A model generated the notes under the pieces. The model saw only the letters and a list, made by a program, of their open reading frames with translations, ran no database searches and was not told where the DNA came from. A stretch of 61,853 bases of DNA from Bacteroidales bacterium (GTDB lineage: Bacteria > Bacteroidota > Bacteroidia > Bacteroidales > VadinHA17), in contig JAGGXD010000142.1 in NCBI GenBank assembly GCA_021163295.1, forward strand, positions 1 through 61,853, written 5' to 3'. Positions 1 through 11,244 of this stretch are shown piece after piece. The stretch's first letter is position 1. Every line of letters starts with the position of its first letter. Both the position numbers and the translations under genes were made by a program.

Positions 1-143
1 ATAATTCTGTGCTGGATATAACAAATTTCATTGTTTGATTTTTTATCGTTAATCAAAAAAAATACTTTCAGAACCTTTAAATAATCGAAGGAAAATAATT
101 ATCAATATTACAAAAAAAATGTCAGAGAGCCAATATACATTTT

Positions 144-1103
144 CTATTTTCCTTTCACTAAAAAATATTTTATTTCTTTAATAACCGGATCAAGATCGAA
201 GTACTTAGCCACGCTAAGTTTCTTTTCATCATTTTGTTTCACAAATACCTCATTATGGCTGGGAGTTTTAGAATAAGTTATTATTGTATTAAGTTCTCCC
301 GTATTATCAGTAACTGTGAGAATAAATTCCGGGGTAGTTGAAATCACAGAATCAATTTCTACACTATCTATTCCACTTTCCCACCGGTCAAACCTGATAT
401 TTCTAAAATATGATAAATACCGTTCAATTGCTAATGTATCGAACATATGAACATCTTTTCCATCCTGTAATAGTTTATACCGGTTTTCCTCTGTTTTAAC
501 AATACGAAAAGATTTTTCCGGAGAATCGGGATATTCCATTTTAACTGCTTTTATCACCCCAGGCATGTAATTAAAAATAATATAGGGTTCCCAAAATTTT
601 TCTTTGGTCACAAAAAGTGATCCAACAGGTTTATTATAACCCGGAATATAAAGAACATAAGGATTTGCCCCTTTGCGTTTACACGCATAATTAGCATACG
701 AATTTGAATTTACTTTATATAAAAAAAAACTTTTTACCCGCTTCAATTGCTCAAATACTTCAATAAAAACAATATTTTCCGTAAGGGTCTCCGTTTCCTT
801 TGAAAATTTCTCATCTGAAACCGGCGATTTGATCTTTAGCCGGGAGAGTACCTGCAAAAAAAAATCCACCGAACCTTCACGTGCCAAGAACCTTTTGTTC
901 ACCTGCCAACCTTCCGGCATTTTTGTTAGTTCAACTTTTTCCTGCTCAGATGTCAGAACAATTTTCGTTACTTTGTTTGTTTCATTAATCGCAAAATCGG
1001 AATTATCTTTCCCAAAGGGGGTGCCCATTTTTGTAATACAGATAATACCTGCCCCTGTAATAAGAACAATTATTGCAATAATATAAAATAAAATTTTCCG
1101 CAT
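144..1103 (-). CDS. Membrane-anchored hypothetical protein (DUF4340-like), last gene of the gldF-gldG string
   Basis: 319-aa ORF with an N-terminal hydrophobic anchor (ILFYIIAIIVLITGAGIICI). It lies 30 bp downstream of gldG, a position typically occupied by DUF4340 proteins. The family call comes from remembered synteny only. Confidence 0.45.
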   Translation of the reverse strand: MRKILFYIIAIIVLITGAGIICITKMGTPFGKDNSDFAINETNKVTKIVLTSEQEKVELTKMPEGWQVNKRFLAREGSVDFFLQVLSRLKIKSPVSDEKFSKETETLTENIVFIEVFEQLKRVKSFFLYKVNSNSYANYACKRKGANPYVLYIPGYNKPVGSLFVTKEKFWEPYIIFNYMPGVIKAVKMEYPDSPEKSFRIVKTEENRYKLLQDGKDVHMFDTLAIERYLSYFRNIRFDRWESGIDSVEIDSVISTTPEFILTVTDNTGELNTIITYSKTPSHNEVFVKQNDEKKLSVAKYFDLDPVIKEIKYFLVKGK

Positions 1104-1133
1104 TTCAAAAACCTGATCGTTTTTTCAAATCCT

Positions 1134-2834
1134 TTATCCTGTATACCGTCTCTTTCTGATCAACAAAACCAAAACCCCGAAAAATATTACAAATAAAACA
1201 GGGAACATTACATTAATAAGTTTCCATTTAAATTGCTCTTTCTTAATCCTTTCCTTATTAAGCAATCTTAACTTTAGCTCTTTTGACCTGATATTCATCA
1301 GGTTAATATCATCAATAAGATAGTTCACTGCATTCAGAATAAAATCTTTATTCCCATAAATTTGTTTAGTATATCTATCCTCACCCAATGATAAAGGGAT
1401 ATCCCTTGTAGCTGTGTGCCGTACTTCATTTCTTATAACATCTCCGTCAGCCACAACAATCATCTTTGTAGGAACACTCTTTTCGATAACCTTGTATTTT
1501 ATTTCACCAATATACCGGTCAGTTGGGCGATTCTTAAAAACAGATTCAAAGCTTCCTTCCAGCAAAACAGCGACTGGCAAGTAAGATAAATTAAATTCTT
1601 TCGGGGCGGGGGGATTTCTTATTTCTTCAAGGCTAATTCCAACCGGAGGACTAATTAATCTCGAGAATTTTGATGTGTATAATAAATATTTCCGTTTTAC
1701 ACCCGTGGTTGCACTTACCGTGTCAAGTATATTGATAAATTCTGATTTAATAAGATTAAGATTCTTAGTTACCGGATGGTTATTAAAAGGTGTTAGTAAT
1801 GGAAAATATATCCATGGAACAGGAGAAAATCTGGGTTGCTGCCCGGCTAAAGCAATATTTATCGGGATTAGGGAACATTGCCGGTCCTGTACAATTTTCG
1901 GATTTACCCTGATCCCATATTTAAAAAGCTGGTCGACCAGATTTAATGGTCTGTATAACCCGGCTGTAAAACCGGTACTTTGAAGACTGTCAGAACTTAC
2001 ATGTACGGCATCTAACAGCCATAATACACAACCACCATTCATAATGTACTGATCAATTACAAATTTATCAGCTTCAGAAAATTTTAATTCCGGCTTTGCA
2101 ACAATAAGAACAGCGTATTTATCCAGGATATTTAACTTACCACCTATTACACCTCTATCAACATTGTAGTACTTTGCCAGCTCATAAGTAATATCGCCAA
2201 CACTAGATTCATCAAGTTCTCCATGCCCTTCTAAAAAAGCAATATTATAAATTGTGTCAGCACTAAGATTTTGTATAGCCTGTATCATCTTATACTCTAA
2301 GCCTTCTATTGAACTGTTTAGTTTTTGAGCAGCACTTTGAGAAGAGTTACTTTCCAAAATATTAACCATCATCTCCATACCGTTATAATTCATTATCAAA
2401 CCCGGGAATACCAATTTTTGAGAAACGCCACCCTCTTCATCCCTGTCTTGAATATTTATTGGTTGTAAGCCTTTCTCATAGAGTGTTTTCATCATCTCCT
2501 CCTTTTCTTCCTGGCTATCAATATCAAAAGGATCAATGAATTCATAAGTTATCTTTTTCCCCGATTGTATTCTAAACTCATCCAGCATATCTTTGGCAGA
2601 ACGTCGCAGTTTCTTAAACCCGACAGGCATTTCACCATCCAGATATACCTGAACAAATACAGGGTTGGTGAGTTTATTTAGTATTTGTCTGGTACTGGCA
2701 GACAATGAATATCGCTTTTCCGATGTAAGGTCAACCCGGTAATAAATATGCGAAAAAATAAATGCCAGCAGCACTGCGATAACCAGTGTCATCAGCAACT
2801 CAATTAAATTATTTCTACGAAGGTTCTTTTTCAC
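1134..2834 (-). CDS. gldG: Gliding-motility-associated ABC transporter auxiliary component GldG-like
   Basis: 566-aa ORF with N- and C-terminal TM anchors flanking a large exported domain. It sits directly downstream of an ABC-2 permease, which is the GldF-GldG arrangement. Confidence 0.7.
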   Translation of the reverse strand: MKKNLRRNNLIELLMTLVIAVLLAFIFSHIYYRVDLTSEKRYSLSASTRQILNKLTNPVFVQVYLDGEMPVGFKKLRRSAKDMLDEFRIQSGKKITYEFIDPFDIDSQEEKEEMMKTLYEKGLQPINIQDRDEEGGVSQKLVFPGLIMNYNGMEMMVNILESNSSQSAAQKLNSSIEGLEYKMIQAIQNLSADTIYNIAFLEGHGELDESSVGDITYELAKYYNVDRGVIGGKLNILDKYAVLIVAKPELKFSEADKFVIDQYIMNGGCVLWLLDAVHVSSDSLQSTGFTAGLYRPLNLVDQLFKYGIRVNPKIVQDRQCSLIPINIALAGQQPRFSPVPWIYFPLLTPFNNHPVTKNLNLIKSEFINILDTVSATTGVKRKYLLYTSKFSRLISPPVGISLEEIRNPPAPKEFNLSYLPVAVLLEGSFESVFKNRPTDRYIGEIKYKVIEKSVPTKMIVVADGDVIRNEVRHTATRDIPLSLGEDRYTKQIYGNKDFILNAVNYLIDDINLMNIRSKELKLRLLNKERIKKEQFKWKLINVMFPVLFVIFFGVLVLLIRKRRYTG

Positions 2835-2846
2835 TTTAACAAAACA

Positions 2847-3578
2847 TTACCATTTACGACTTTGCAATATTGTCCGGGTAAACATCATAAAAAGCCCGTC
2901 AATAAGTATAAAATAAATAATATCTCTCGAATCCAATACTCCCCGGCTCATTGAACTATAATGCTCCTTAATTCCCATATTAAGAACATATTCCTGCAGA
3001 TTACCAAAAAAATCTATTGAACTGACAGATTCAAATCCAATAAAAAAGAAAAAACTAAACAGTACAGCGATTATAAAAGCAATTATCTGATTTTCGGATA
3101 AAGAAGAAGCAAATACCCCTATTGAAACATAAACTGTAGCCAGAAAAAACAATCCGATAAATGATCCCCATGTTCCACCTGTATCAATATTCCCCGGTGG
3201 ATTACCCAATAAAAAAACAGACACAAAATAAATAAGACATGGTATTAATGAAAAGATTACGAGTAAAACACCAGCAGAAAATTTAGCAAAAATAATCTCA
3301 AGCTCACTTAACGGACGGGTTAATAGCAATTCGATAGTTCCAGTCCTTTTCTCTTCAGCAATCATTTTCATAGTAACAGCAGGTACAAGAAACAGAAAAA
3401 CCCATGGTGCAATTATAAAAAATGATTCCAGGGTAGCATATCCACCATCCAGAACATTAAAATCACCAGGAAAAACCCATAAAAGAAGCCCATTAATAAT
3501 TAAAAATACAATTACTACAATGTAGCCTGTCAGGCTACTAAAAAATGATTTTAATTCTTTAATAAATAATGTAATCAT
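2847..3578 (-). CDS. gldF: ABC-2 type transporter permease, GldF-like
   Basis: 243-aa polytopic membrane protein with about 6 hydrophobic segments, immediately upstream of the gldG-like gene. Confidence 0.7.
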   Translation of the reverse strand: MITLFIKELKSFFSSLTGYIVVIVFLIINGLLLWVFPGDFNVLDGGYATLESFFIIAPWVFLFLVPAVTMKMIAEEKRTGTIELLLTRPLSELEIIFAKFSAGVLLVIFSLIPCLIYFVSVFLLGNPPGNIDTGGTWGSFIGLFFLATVYVSIGVFASSLSENQIIAFIIAVLFSFFFFIGFESVSSIDFFGNLQEYVLNMGIKEHYSSMSRGVLDSRDIIYFILIDGLFMMFTRTILQSRKW

Positions 3579-3580
3579 TA

Positions 3581-4723
3581 TTAAATTTTTTCAATCTTTA
3601 CATCCTTGTAATAAAAATTAATAATCTGCCGGAAGTTTTTACCCTGACGCGCCATTTCCATAGCACCCTCCTGACAAAGTCCAACCCCATGACCATATCC
3701 TTTCCCTTTCAAAACTATTTGATTATCCTGATAGTTTACATTAAAAAAAGATGACTTCAGGTTCCAGTCGTTTCTGATAATTGTTAACGGCAAAATAAAA
3801 TCACCAATAATATAATGAGTTTTTCTAACAGGTTGTTTAAGCTCAAACGAAACAGAATTCACATCATTGCCACTGTATCCATTTTCTTTCAGATAATTCA
3901 ACCACTCTTCAACAGGAATAGTTCTAGTCCAGGTACTATTATTCCCGTTCCGGCAATACGGGTCTTTGATACTTTGAAAATAAGGAAAGGATTTCACCCA
4001 TACATCTTTTGAATTGGTTGTCTGACCACCGCAATTTGAATGAAAAGCTGCAGTAATAAGATCAGAATTCCCGTCAACTATAACCAAACCAGCCGTTTCG
4101 TTTATTGCTGTTGTTATATCTTTAATTTGACTCCCACGGGTTTTATATACCTGACAATGAACTCCATCGCAAAGGCTAAATCCTTCCTCAATATGTTTGT
4201 TTACATGCTTATATAAATAAGTCCTGCACAAAATTGCTTGTGTTTTGTAGTACTCAGGCAACCCTCTGGGACCACCTTCAGATAATACAACACCAGCCAG
4301 GTATTGTTCAACCTGAACTTTATTCACCAATAATAACCTGTTGATATCAAAACTGACAATAATATCACCATCATATTCACGTTCTTCAAGTGCCGGAATT
4401 ACCGGATTCACCTTAAAAGTTGCATCATCATTTATTCCTGTCATTCTGAATTCACGACAAATTCTGTGAAAACCATTTAGCTTTACCACATCAAGAAAAT
4501 CACCCGTTATTGAAAGAAATAAAGTATCTCCGGGCTTAATAATCATATTCACAGAATTGTCAAGTGTTATACCAAACGGACTGGATTCAGGTAAAATTAT
4601 TACGGATTGGAGATTATAATCGTTGAACAAACTGATAGTTATTCTTTCAGCCAGGCAAGAAATATTCAGGAAAAGCAGAAGAAATATATGTAATTGCAAT
4701 AATATCCAATACTTATGTTTCAT
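3581..4723 (-). CDS. SpoIID/LytB domain protein (peptidoglycan remodelling)
   Basis: Signal peptide. SpoIID-type motifs are present: VEQYLAGVVLSEGG, AILCRTYLY, CDGVHCQVY, AAFHSNCGGQT. Confidence 0.8.
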   Translation of the reverse strand: MKHKYWILLQLHIFLLLFLNISCLAERITISLFNDYNLQSVIILPESSPFGITLDNSVNMIIKPGDTLFLSITGDFLDVVKLNGFHRICREFRMTGINDDATFKVNPVIPALEEREYDGDIIVSFDINRLLLVNKVQVEQYLAGVVLSEGGPRGLPEYYKTQAILCRTYLYKHVNKHIEEGFSLCDGVHCQVYKTRGSQIKDITTAINETAGLVIVDGNSDLITAAFHSNCGGQTTNSKDVWVKSFPYFQSIKDPYCRNGNNSTWTRTIPVEEWLNYLKENGYSGNDVNSVSFELKQPVRKTHYIIGDFILPLTIIRNDWNLKSSFFNVNYQDNQIVLKGKGYGHGVGLCQEGAMEMARQGKNFRQIINFYYKDVKIEKI

Positions 4724-5855
4724 TATATTTTACTTTGTCCATTTCTTTCAATATCAGTTCGGCTACTCTTTTTGAAGCCCCCGGTTTACCTATCGTTTTT
4801 TTCAGTTCGCTGAAATCTTTCAACATCCTTTCACGATATTCAGTATTAAATATTAACCGGTCAAGCTCTTTTTTTACAGTCTTACCTGTCATCTCATCCT
4901 GAATAAGCTCTCTGACAATTTCTTTTCCCATAATCAGGTTTACTAACGAGATGTAAGGAATTCTAACAAACCTTTTACCAACCAGATAAGATACTTTATT
5001 GGCTATGTACCCGACAACTTCAGGGACATTCAGTAAAGCTGCCTCGAGTGTGGCTGTTCCTGATGTTACAACAGCAACAAAAGAATATTTAAGCAAAGTA
5101 TAGGTTTGATCATAAACTATATTAATACCACTATCATCCGGGACAAGTGATCTGTAATAATCTGCTGGAATTGCTAAAGTAGCAGCAATAACAAACTGAT
5201 GTTCAGGATACTGGCCGACTATTTCAAGCATCACAGGAATTATTTTATTAATTTCCTGTTTGCGGCTTCCCGGTAGCAGGGCTATTATAGGTTTGTCATT
5301 CAGACTATTATTTGTAATGAATTCCCGTTTTGATACAAGAGATTTAGTTTTATTATCTATTGAATCAAGAATAGGGTTTCCAACATAATCAACCTCAAAA
5401 TTATACTTCTTATAAAAATCAATTTCGAATGGAAAAATTACAAACATTTTGTCGACACATGTTTTTATTGTTTTAACACGTGATCGGTTCCACGCCCATA
5501 CCTTAGGTGATATATAATAAAATACCCGAAAACCTTGTTGTTTTGCAAAACGTGCAATTTTTAAATTAAATCCGGGATAGTCAATTAATATTACTGCATC
5601 GGGTTTAAAACTGTTAATATCATTCTTGCAAAAACGAATGTTACGGATAATTTTTCCAAGATTTTGCAGAACCTCAACCAATCCCATAAAAGCAAGCTCC
5701 CTGTAATGCCTGACAATATTATCAGCTTGCTCTAACATAAGGTCACCACCCCAAAACCGGAATTCGGTATTCTGATCTCTCTTCTTCAACTCTTTCATAA
5801 GATTTGAACCATGAAGATCCCCTGATGCTTCTCCTGCAATAATGTAATACCTCAT
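4713..5855 (-). CDS. lpxB: Lipid-A-disaccharide synthase
   Basis: N-terminus MRYYIIAGEASGDLHG is the classic LpxB signature. Length is 380 aa. It overlaps the downstream gene by 11 nt. Confidence 0.9.
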   Translation of the reverse strand: MRYYIIAGEASGDLHGSNLMKELKKRDQNTEFRFWGGDLMLEQADNIVRHYRELAFMGLVEVLQNLGKIIRNIRFCKNDINSFKPDAVILIDYPGFNLKIARFAKQQGFRVFYYISPKVWAWNRSRVKTIKTCVDKMFVIFPFEIDFYKKYNFEVDYVGNPILDSIDNKTKSLVSKREFITNNSLNDKPIIALLPGSRKQEINKIIPVMLEIVGQYPEHQFVIAATLAIPADYYRSLVPDDSGINIVYDQTYTLLKYSFVAVVTSGTATLEAALLNVPEVVGYIANKVSYLVGKRFVRIPYISLVNLIMGKEIVRELIQDEMTGKTVKKELDRLIFNTEYRERMLKDFSELKKTIGKPGASKRVAELILKEMDKVKYNET

Positions 5856-5867
5856 AATTAATAATAA

Positions 5868-6182
5868 TTATCCAAAAAGTCTGATTGCCAAAATTAGAAA
5901 AGCCCATAAAAAGGTACTTAATAAAACCCCTCTGGCAGCTTTCATTTTATAAAGCCAAATAAAAATAAAAAAAATTAACAAGTTTGGAATAACTGAAATA
6001 CTTATAAAGTGACCTTGTATATTTCGATCAATAAGACGTTGCAGATACTCGTTCAGTGTTTGACTGCCTGACATAATAAAATAAACAATCAAGAAGGTAA
6101 TAATTGGTACAATTATTCCGGATAACAACCCGATGACAATAGTATCCAAATTTAGATTATTATTTCTTTGAATTCCCGGCAT
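5868..6182 (-). CDS. Small integral membrane protein, unknown function
   Basis: 104-aa ORF with three hydrophobic segments, packed 12 bp upstream of lpxB on the same strand. Confidence 0.5.
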   Translation of the reverse strand: MPGIQRNNNLNLDTIVIGLLSGIIVPIITFLIVYFIMSGSQTLNEYLQRLIDRNIQGHFISISVIPNLLIFFIFIWLYKMKAARGVLLSTFLWAFLILAIRLFG

Positions 6183-6255
6183 AATGCGTAAATGATTGAA
6201 TGCTAAAATGATTAAATACTAATATATCTAAATTTTTTGGTTAATCTGTAATTTG

Positions 6256-6283
6256 CCGACTGCGGACTGTGGACTGCCGATTG
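6256..6283 (-). repeat. 4 x heptad array (CAATCGG CAGTCCA CAGTCCG CAGTCGG on the minus strand)
   Basis: Read directly. It begins 5 nt after the surE stop codon. Confidence 0.9.
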
Positions 6284-6288
6284 ATTCT

Positions 6289-7059
6289 CTAAAATTTCCA
6301 TTTCTTTAATTCTTCCATCCTGGAATAAGATGTAAAATCGATCTGGATTGGTACTACAGACACAAATTTATTTAGAAGTGCCCATTCATCAGTATCATCT
6401 GCAAGTGGCTCGGAGTTATTAAAATAGCCGGTAAGCCAATAATACTCCCGCTTACCCGGATCAATTCTCTTATCAAATTCTTCCTGCCAGTATCCATCTG
6501 TTTGCCTGCATATTTTAATTCCTTTCAACTCATCTTCTTTTCCAACAGGAATATTAACATTCAGACATATACCTTTTTGAATGCCATTCATAAATACTTT
6601 CTTCATTATACGTCTGACATAAATCCCGGCTGTATTAAAATCAGCTTCCGCAGAGTAATCAAGTAATGAAAAACCAATAGAAGGGACCTTATTTATACCC
6701 CCTTCAATAGCAGCAGCCATTGTTCCTGAATATACAACACTTACCGAAGCATTTGAGCCATGATTAATACCTGAAACCAGCATATCCGGTTTCCCATCCA
6801 ATAGCTGATGCAGCGCAAGTTTAACACAATCCACCGGAGTCCCGTTACAACTATATATTTCTAACCCTTCCTCTTTTTTCACTGTTTCTATCCTTAATGG
6901 ATATTTCATAGTTATTGCATGTGACATTCCCGACCGGCTTTTTTCAGGTGCTACAACTATCACCTTGCCAAACTCCCTGACTACTTTAATTAAAGATTCC
7001 AAGCCCTTGGCTTCAATCCCATCATCGTTTGTAACTAATATCAGTTTTTCGCGCTTCAT
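6289..7059 (-). CDS. surE: 5'/3'-nucleotidase SurE
   Basis: LILVTNDDGIEAKGL N-terminal motif, GINHGSN motif, 256 aa. Confidence 0.9.
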   Translation of the reverse strand: MKREKLILVTNDDGIEAKGLESLIKVVREFGKVIVVAPEKSRSGMSHAITMKYPLRIETVKKEEGLEIYSCNGTPVDCVKLALHQLLDGKPDMLVSGINHGSNASVSVVYSGTMAAAIEGGINKVPSIGFSLLDYSAEADFNTAGIYVRRIMKKVFMNGIQKGICLNVNIPVGKEDELKGIKICRQTDGYWQEEFDKRIDPGKREYYWLTGYFNNSEPLADDTDEWALLNKFVSVVPIQIDFTSYSRMEELKKWKF

Positions 7060-7323
7060 ACTATTTCAATTATCAAAACTGAAAACTCAATCAATCGTTC
7101 TTCTAAATCATATTTATCCATTCTTAACTTCTTATATCATTATTTCGTTAATCGGTGTTCGATATTCAATTTATTGTTCGCTTTTTTCTTGCCTTGAAAA
7201 TATAATTCTTACCAAGCTACAAATATATTGAAATCCAGTCAAGTTACAAGCTGGCAAGTACGTTTTAGGGATTTCTGCATATCCTTATTTTATTGCTGTC
7301 TATGGGATTTGCACAAAATTCCT

Positions 7324-7331
7324 TATTTTTG
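7324..7331 (+). promoter_or_regulatory. Bacteroidota-type -7 promoter box (TAnnTTTG) upstream of pheT
   Basis: TATTTTTG, 30 nt upstream of the ATG. Confidence 0.35.
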
Positions 7332-7361
7332 TTTTTTCAAATCATTATGACCTGAGATACT

Positions 7362-9809
7362 ATGAACATTTCGTACAACTGGCTGAAAGAATATATTAAA
7401 ACAGACCTTAACCCTGAAGAAATGGCGGTAATCCTTACTGACATTGGTCTTGAGGTTGAGGGAATTGAGCCTTTCCAATCGGTTAAGGGCGGACTGAAGG
7501 GAGTTGTTATTGGGAAAGTAAAAACTTCTGAGAAACATCCAAATGCCGATAAATTAACCATTACAACTGTTGATATAGGTTCAGAAAAAAATCTTAGTAT
7601 TGTTTGCGGGGCACCTAATGTTGCTGCCGGGCAAAAAGTTCCTGTAGCAATAATTGGAGCAACTCTTTATTCAGGCAATAAGGAATTTGTTATAAAAAGA
7701 GCTAAAATAAGGGGTGAGCTATCTGAAGGAATGATTTGTGCAGAAGATGAACTTGGGCTTGGCACATCACACGAAGGCATTATGGTTTTAGATGAAACTG
7801 CTAAGATTGGAACTCCGGCGAAAGATTACTTCAGGATTGAATCTGATACAATATTTGAAATTGGCCTTACACCAAACAGGATAGATAGTGGTTCACATTA
7901 CGGAGTTGCACGCGACCTTTCAGCATTCCTGAAACAAAAAGGAGATTCCTGTGTTGTGAAACCATCAGTTGATAAATTCAAGGCAGATAACCACAATTTG
8001 CCAATTGAAGTTGAGATCGAAAACCAGGAAGCATGTCCGCGATATTCCGGATTAACCATACAGGGAATAAATGTTAAACCCTCCCCGTTATGGCTTCAAA
8101 ACCGGCTAACATCCATTGGATTAGTCCCTGTTAATAATATTGTTGATATAACAAATTATGTATTGCATGAAACAGGACAACCATTACACGCCTTTGATGC
8201 AAATAAAATAACAGGAAATAAGGTAATTGTAAAAACACTCGCTAAGGATGCAAAATTTATTACCCTTGATGAAGTTGAAAGGAAATTGCACCCGGATGAC
8301 CTTATGATCTGCAATAAAGAAAACGGAATGTGTATTGCAGGAGTATTTGGCGGCATTGATTCGGGTGTAAAAACCGGAACACAAAATATTTTTCTCGAAA
8401 GTGCCTATTTTAACCCGGTTTATATTAGAAAAACTGCCAAAAGACATACTCTGAATACAGATGCATCGTTTCGTTTTGAAAGAGGAGTTGACCCTGATAT
8501 GATAATATATGCACTTAAGCGTGCAGCGTTATTAATAAAGGAAATTGCCGGCGGAAAAATATCCTCTGATATTGTCGATCATTATCCATTGCCAATAAAT
8601 AACCACATTGTGGAACTGTCATATAAAAACCTGACACGGCTGGTTGGTAAAAAAATTGATACTGAAGTAGTTAAAAAAATACTTTCAGCTCTTGAAATAA
8701 AGATTACAGATGAAAAAGATGATATTCTAAAACTTGAAGTTCCCGCTTACCGCGTTGATGTAACTCGCGAGGCAGACATAATAGAGGAAATTTTAAGGAT
8801 TTACGGATATAATAACATTGAAATTAGCGAGAAGATAGTATCTACTATTTCTTCTATCCCCAAACCTGATAAAGAAAAAATCCGGAATATAGTATCAGAT
8901 CTGTTATCAAGCCAGGGATTCTTTGAAATCATGTGTAACTCAATAACCAATAATGATTATTATAATGATAATCACGATTTCCCTGAACAAAATGTTGTAA
9001 AATTATTTAATCCGCTAAGTTCTGACCTTAATGTAATGCGTCAGACTTTATTATATGGTGGACTGGAATCCATATCATATAATATTAACAGGCAAACAAA
9101 TAACCTGAAGCTGTTTGAATTCGGAAACTGCTATTATAAAATTGAAAAAGACTCTGATAATAAACTTGACAATTACTATGAACAGGAACATTTAGCCCTG
9201 TTTATTACAGGACAAAAAAACGAGCAGGGTTGGGACAGTCAGGATAAACTAACTGATTTTTTTCACCTCAAGTCATATATTGAAAGAATACTTAAACGAA
9301 CAGGTATTACAACCAAGAATATTGAATCAGTCCCTTCAGGGGCACACTACTTTTCTGAGGGGCTTAAATATCTCGCATCTGATAAGATAATTGTTGAATT
9401 TGGACAAATAAAACCAACTTTAACCAGAAATTTCGATATTGATCAGGATGTTTATTATGGAATTTTCTCATGGAATACAGTGTTGAATCTTTTGGTAAAA
9501 AATGATATCTCTTTTTCTGAAATTCCCAGATTTCCGGAAGTGAAACGTGATCTGGCTCTTCTTCTTGATAAATCTGTCAGTTTTTCACAGATTGAAAAGC
9601 TGGCCTGGAAAACTGAAAAGAAGCTGTTGAAAAAAATTAATCTTTTTGATGTCTTTGAAGATCAAAAAATTGGCAAAAATAAAAAGTCATATGCTATAAG
9701 TTTCTACCTCCAGGATACTGAAAAAACCCTGACAGATAAGAGGATAGACAAAACTATGCAAAATTTTATCCGCACTTTTGAAAATGAACTTGGAGCAAAG
9801 ATCAGATAA
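7362..9809 (+). CDS. pheT: Phenylalanine--tRNA ligase beta subunit
   Basis: 815 aa. N-terminus [11 protein letters not shown] and the tRNA-binding domain motif (HPNADKL) are present, with B3/4, B5 and FDX-ACB-like C-terminal organisation. Confidence 0.95.
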   Translation: MNISYNWLKEYIKTDLNPEEMAVILTDIGLEVEGIEPFQSVKGGLKGVVIGKVKTSEKHPNADKLTITTVDIGSEKNLSIVCGAPNVAAGQKVPVAIIGATLYSGNKEFVIKRAKIRGELSEGMICAEDELGLGTSHEGIMVLDETAKIGTPAKDYFRIESDTIFEIGLTPNRIDSGSHYGVARDLSAFLKQKGDSCVVKPSVDKFKADNHNLPIEVEIENQEACPRYSGLTIQGINVKPSPLWLQNRLTSIGLVPVNNIVDITNYVLHETGQPLHAFDANKITGNKVIVKTLAKDAKFITLDEVERKLHPDDLMICNKENGMCIAGVFGGIDSGVKTGTQNIFLESAYFNPVYIRKTAKRHTLNTDASFRFERGVDPDMIIYALKRAALLIKEIAGGKISSDIVDHYPLPINNHIVELSYKNLTRLVGKKIDTEVVKKILSALEIKITDEKDDILKLEVPAYRVDVTREADIIEEILRIYGYNNIEISEKIVSTISSIPKPDKEKIRNIVSDLLSSQGFFEIMCNSITNNDYYNDNHDFPEQNVVKLFNPLSSDLNVMRQTLLYGGLESISYNINRQTNNLKLFEFGNCYYKIEKDSDNKLDNYYEQEHLALFITGQKNEQGWDSQDKLTDFFHLKSYIERILKRTGITTKNIESVPSGAHYFSEGLKYLASDKIIVEFGQIKPTLTRNFDIDQDVYYGIFSWNTVLNLLVKNDISFSEIPRFPEVKRDLALLLDKSVSFSQIEKLAWKTEKKLLKKINLFDVFEDQKIGKNKKSYAISFYLQDTEKTLTDKRIDKTMQNFIRTFENELGAKIR

Positions 9810-9811
9810 AC

Positions 9812-10321
9812 ATGAAAGACAAAATAGAAATAATTCAAGGTGATATTACAAAATTACAGGTTGATGCAATTGTTAATGCAGCTAACAAATCACTGCTGGG
9901 AGGCGGTGGTGTTGATGGGGCAATACATCAGGCAGCCGGTCCTGGTCTGGTTGAAGAATGCAGGAAACTCAATGGCTGTGAAACAGGTAATGCAAAAATC
10001 ACACAAGGATATAACCTGTATGCCGGATTTGTAATTCATGCAGTTGGTCCTGTATGGCAGGGAGGTAAAAAAGAGGAAGAGAATTTACTTTCTTCATGTT
10101 ATAAAAGAAGTCTTGAAATTGCTATTGAAAAGCATTTGAATTCAATTGCCTTCCCTAACATCAGCACCGGTATATATGGTTTCCCAAAAGAAAAAGCAGC
10201 AGGAATTGCCATTTCTACTGTCACATCTTTTCTAAACCAACACCCTAAGATAAAAAAGGTAATATTTGTTGTTTTTGATGAAGAAAACTACAAAATTTAT
10301 CAGAATTTGGCATTAAATTAA
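9812..10321 (+). CDS. Macro-domain protein (O-acetyl-ADP-ribose deacetylase-like)
   Basis: [16 protein letters not shown]...[17 protein letters not shown] is the canonical macro-domain signature. It starts 2 nt after the pheT stop. Confidence 0.85.
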   Translation: MKDKIEIIQGDITKLQVDAIVNAANKSLLGGGGVDGAIHQAAGPGLVEECRKLNGCETGNAKITQGYNLYAGFVIHAVGPVWQGGKKEEENLLSSCYKRSLEIAIEKHLNSIAFPNISTGIYGFPKEKAAGIAISTVTSFLNQHPKIKKVIFVVFDEENYKIYQNLALN

Positions 10322-10339
10322 ACATGCAAAGATAGACTA

Positions 10340-11215
10340 ATGATGAGGAAATCATTGAACAGGATGAACAACTATCTTTCGATGGTTAAATTTAGCCATA
10401 CCGTTTTTGCAATGCCCTTTGCTCTGATCGGCTTTTTTATGGCAGTACGTTTAACTGAAACAGAACTTAACTATGTTACTTTTATCCTGGTACTTTTATG
10501 TATGATCTTCGCCCGTAATGCAGCTATGGCTTTTAACAGGTATGTGGACAAAGAAATTGACGGGAAAAATCCCCGCACAGCTTTACGCGAAATTCCTGCC
10601 GGATTAATTAAAGCCAGGTCTGCCCTGCTTTTTGTAATAATCAATGTGATATTGTTTTTTGTTGCCACTTATTTTATCAACAGACTCACATTCAGGCTAT
10701 CACCTGTTGCAGTATTTATTATCCTGGGTTATAGTTTTACAAAAAAGTTTACATCACTCAGTCATCTTGTGCTCGGTTTGGGTTTATCACTGGCACCCAT
10801 TGGCGCCTATCTTGCTGTTACAGGCAGATTCAATATTATTCCTGTCCTGTATTCATTGGTGGTACTTTTCTGGGTGGGCGGCTTTGATATTATCTATTCC
10901 TTACAGGATGAAAAATTTGATAAATCACTTCAACTTAAATCAATTCCGGCTGCCATAGGCAAGAAAAAAGCCATGTGGGTTTCAAATATATTTCATTTAC
11001 TTACAGCAGGATTTGTAATAACACCCGGACTTATTGCTCATATGGGAGTTTACTATTGGATTGGATCCGCAATTTTTCTTGTTTTACTTACTTATCAGCA
11101 CCTCATGGTAAAACCCAATGATCTGAGTCGAATTAACATTGCATTCTTTACAACCAATGGCATAGCCAGTGTTATTTTCGCCATTTTCACTATTTTTGAT
11201 CTGTATATTAGTTAA
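10340..11215 (+). CDS. UbiA-family aromatic prenyltransferase (quinone biosynthesis)
   Basis: Polytopic membrane protein with an NRYVDKEIDGKNPRT (NxxxDxxxD) motif and a second YSLQDEKFD motif. The true start may be an internal Met (MNNYL). Confidence 0.8.
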   Translation: MMRKSLNRMNNYLSMVKFSHTVFAMPFALIGFFMAVRLTETELNYVTFILVLLCMIFARNAAMAFNRYVDKEIDGKNPRTALREIPAGLIKARSALLFVIINVILFFVATYFINRLTFRLSPVAVFIILGYSFTKKFTSLSHLVLGLGLSLAPIGAYLAVTGRFNIIPVLYSLVVLFWVGGFDIIYSLQDEKFDKSLQLKSIPAAIGKKKAMWVSNIFHLLTAGFVITPGLIAHMGVYYWIGSAIFLVLLTYQHLMVKPNDLSRINIAFFTTNGIASVIFAIFTIFDLYIS

Positions 11216-11244
11216 AACAGCATAAATAAAACTATTTAAAACCC

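Noticed and set aside
30-68. TTTGATT-N8-AATCAAA hairpin next to an A-run, considered as a terminator for the 144-1103 gene.
   Set aside because: On the relevant (minus) strand the T-run precedes the stem rather than following it, and the stem is short and AT-only.
7323-7561. Small minus-strand ORFs (71 and 74 aa) overlapping the pheT start.
   Set aside because: They are antisense to the 5' end of a very well-supported gene and have no motifs.
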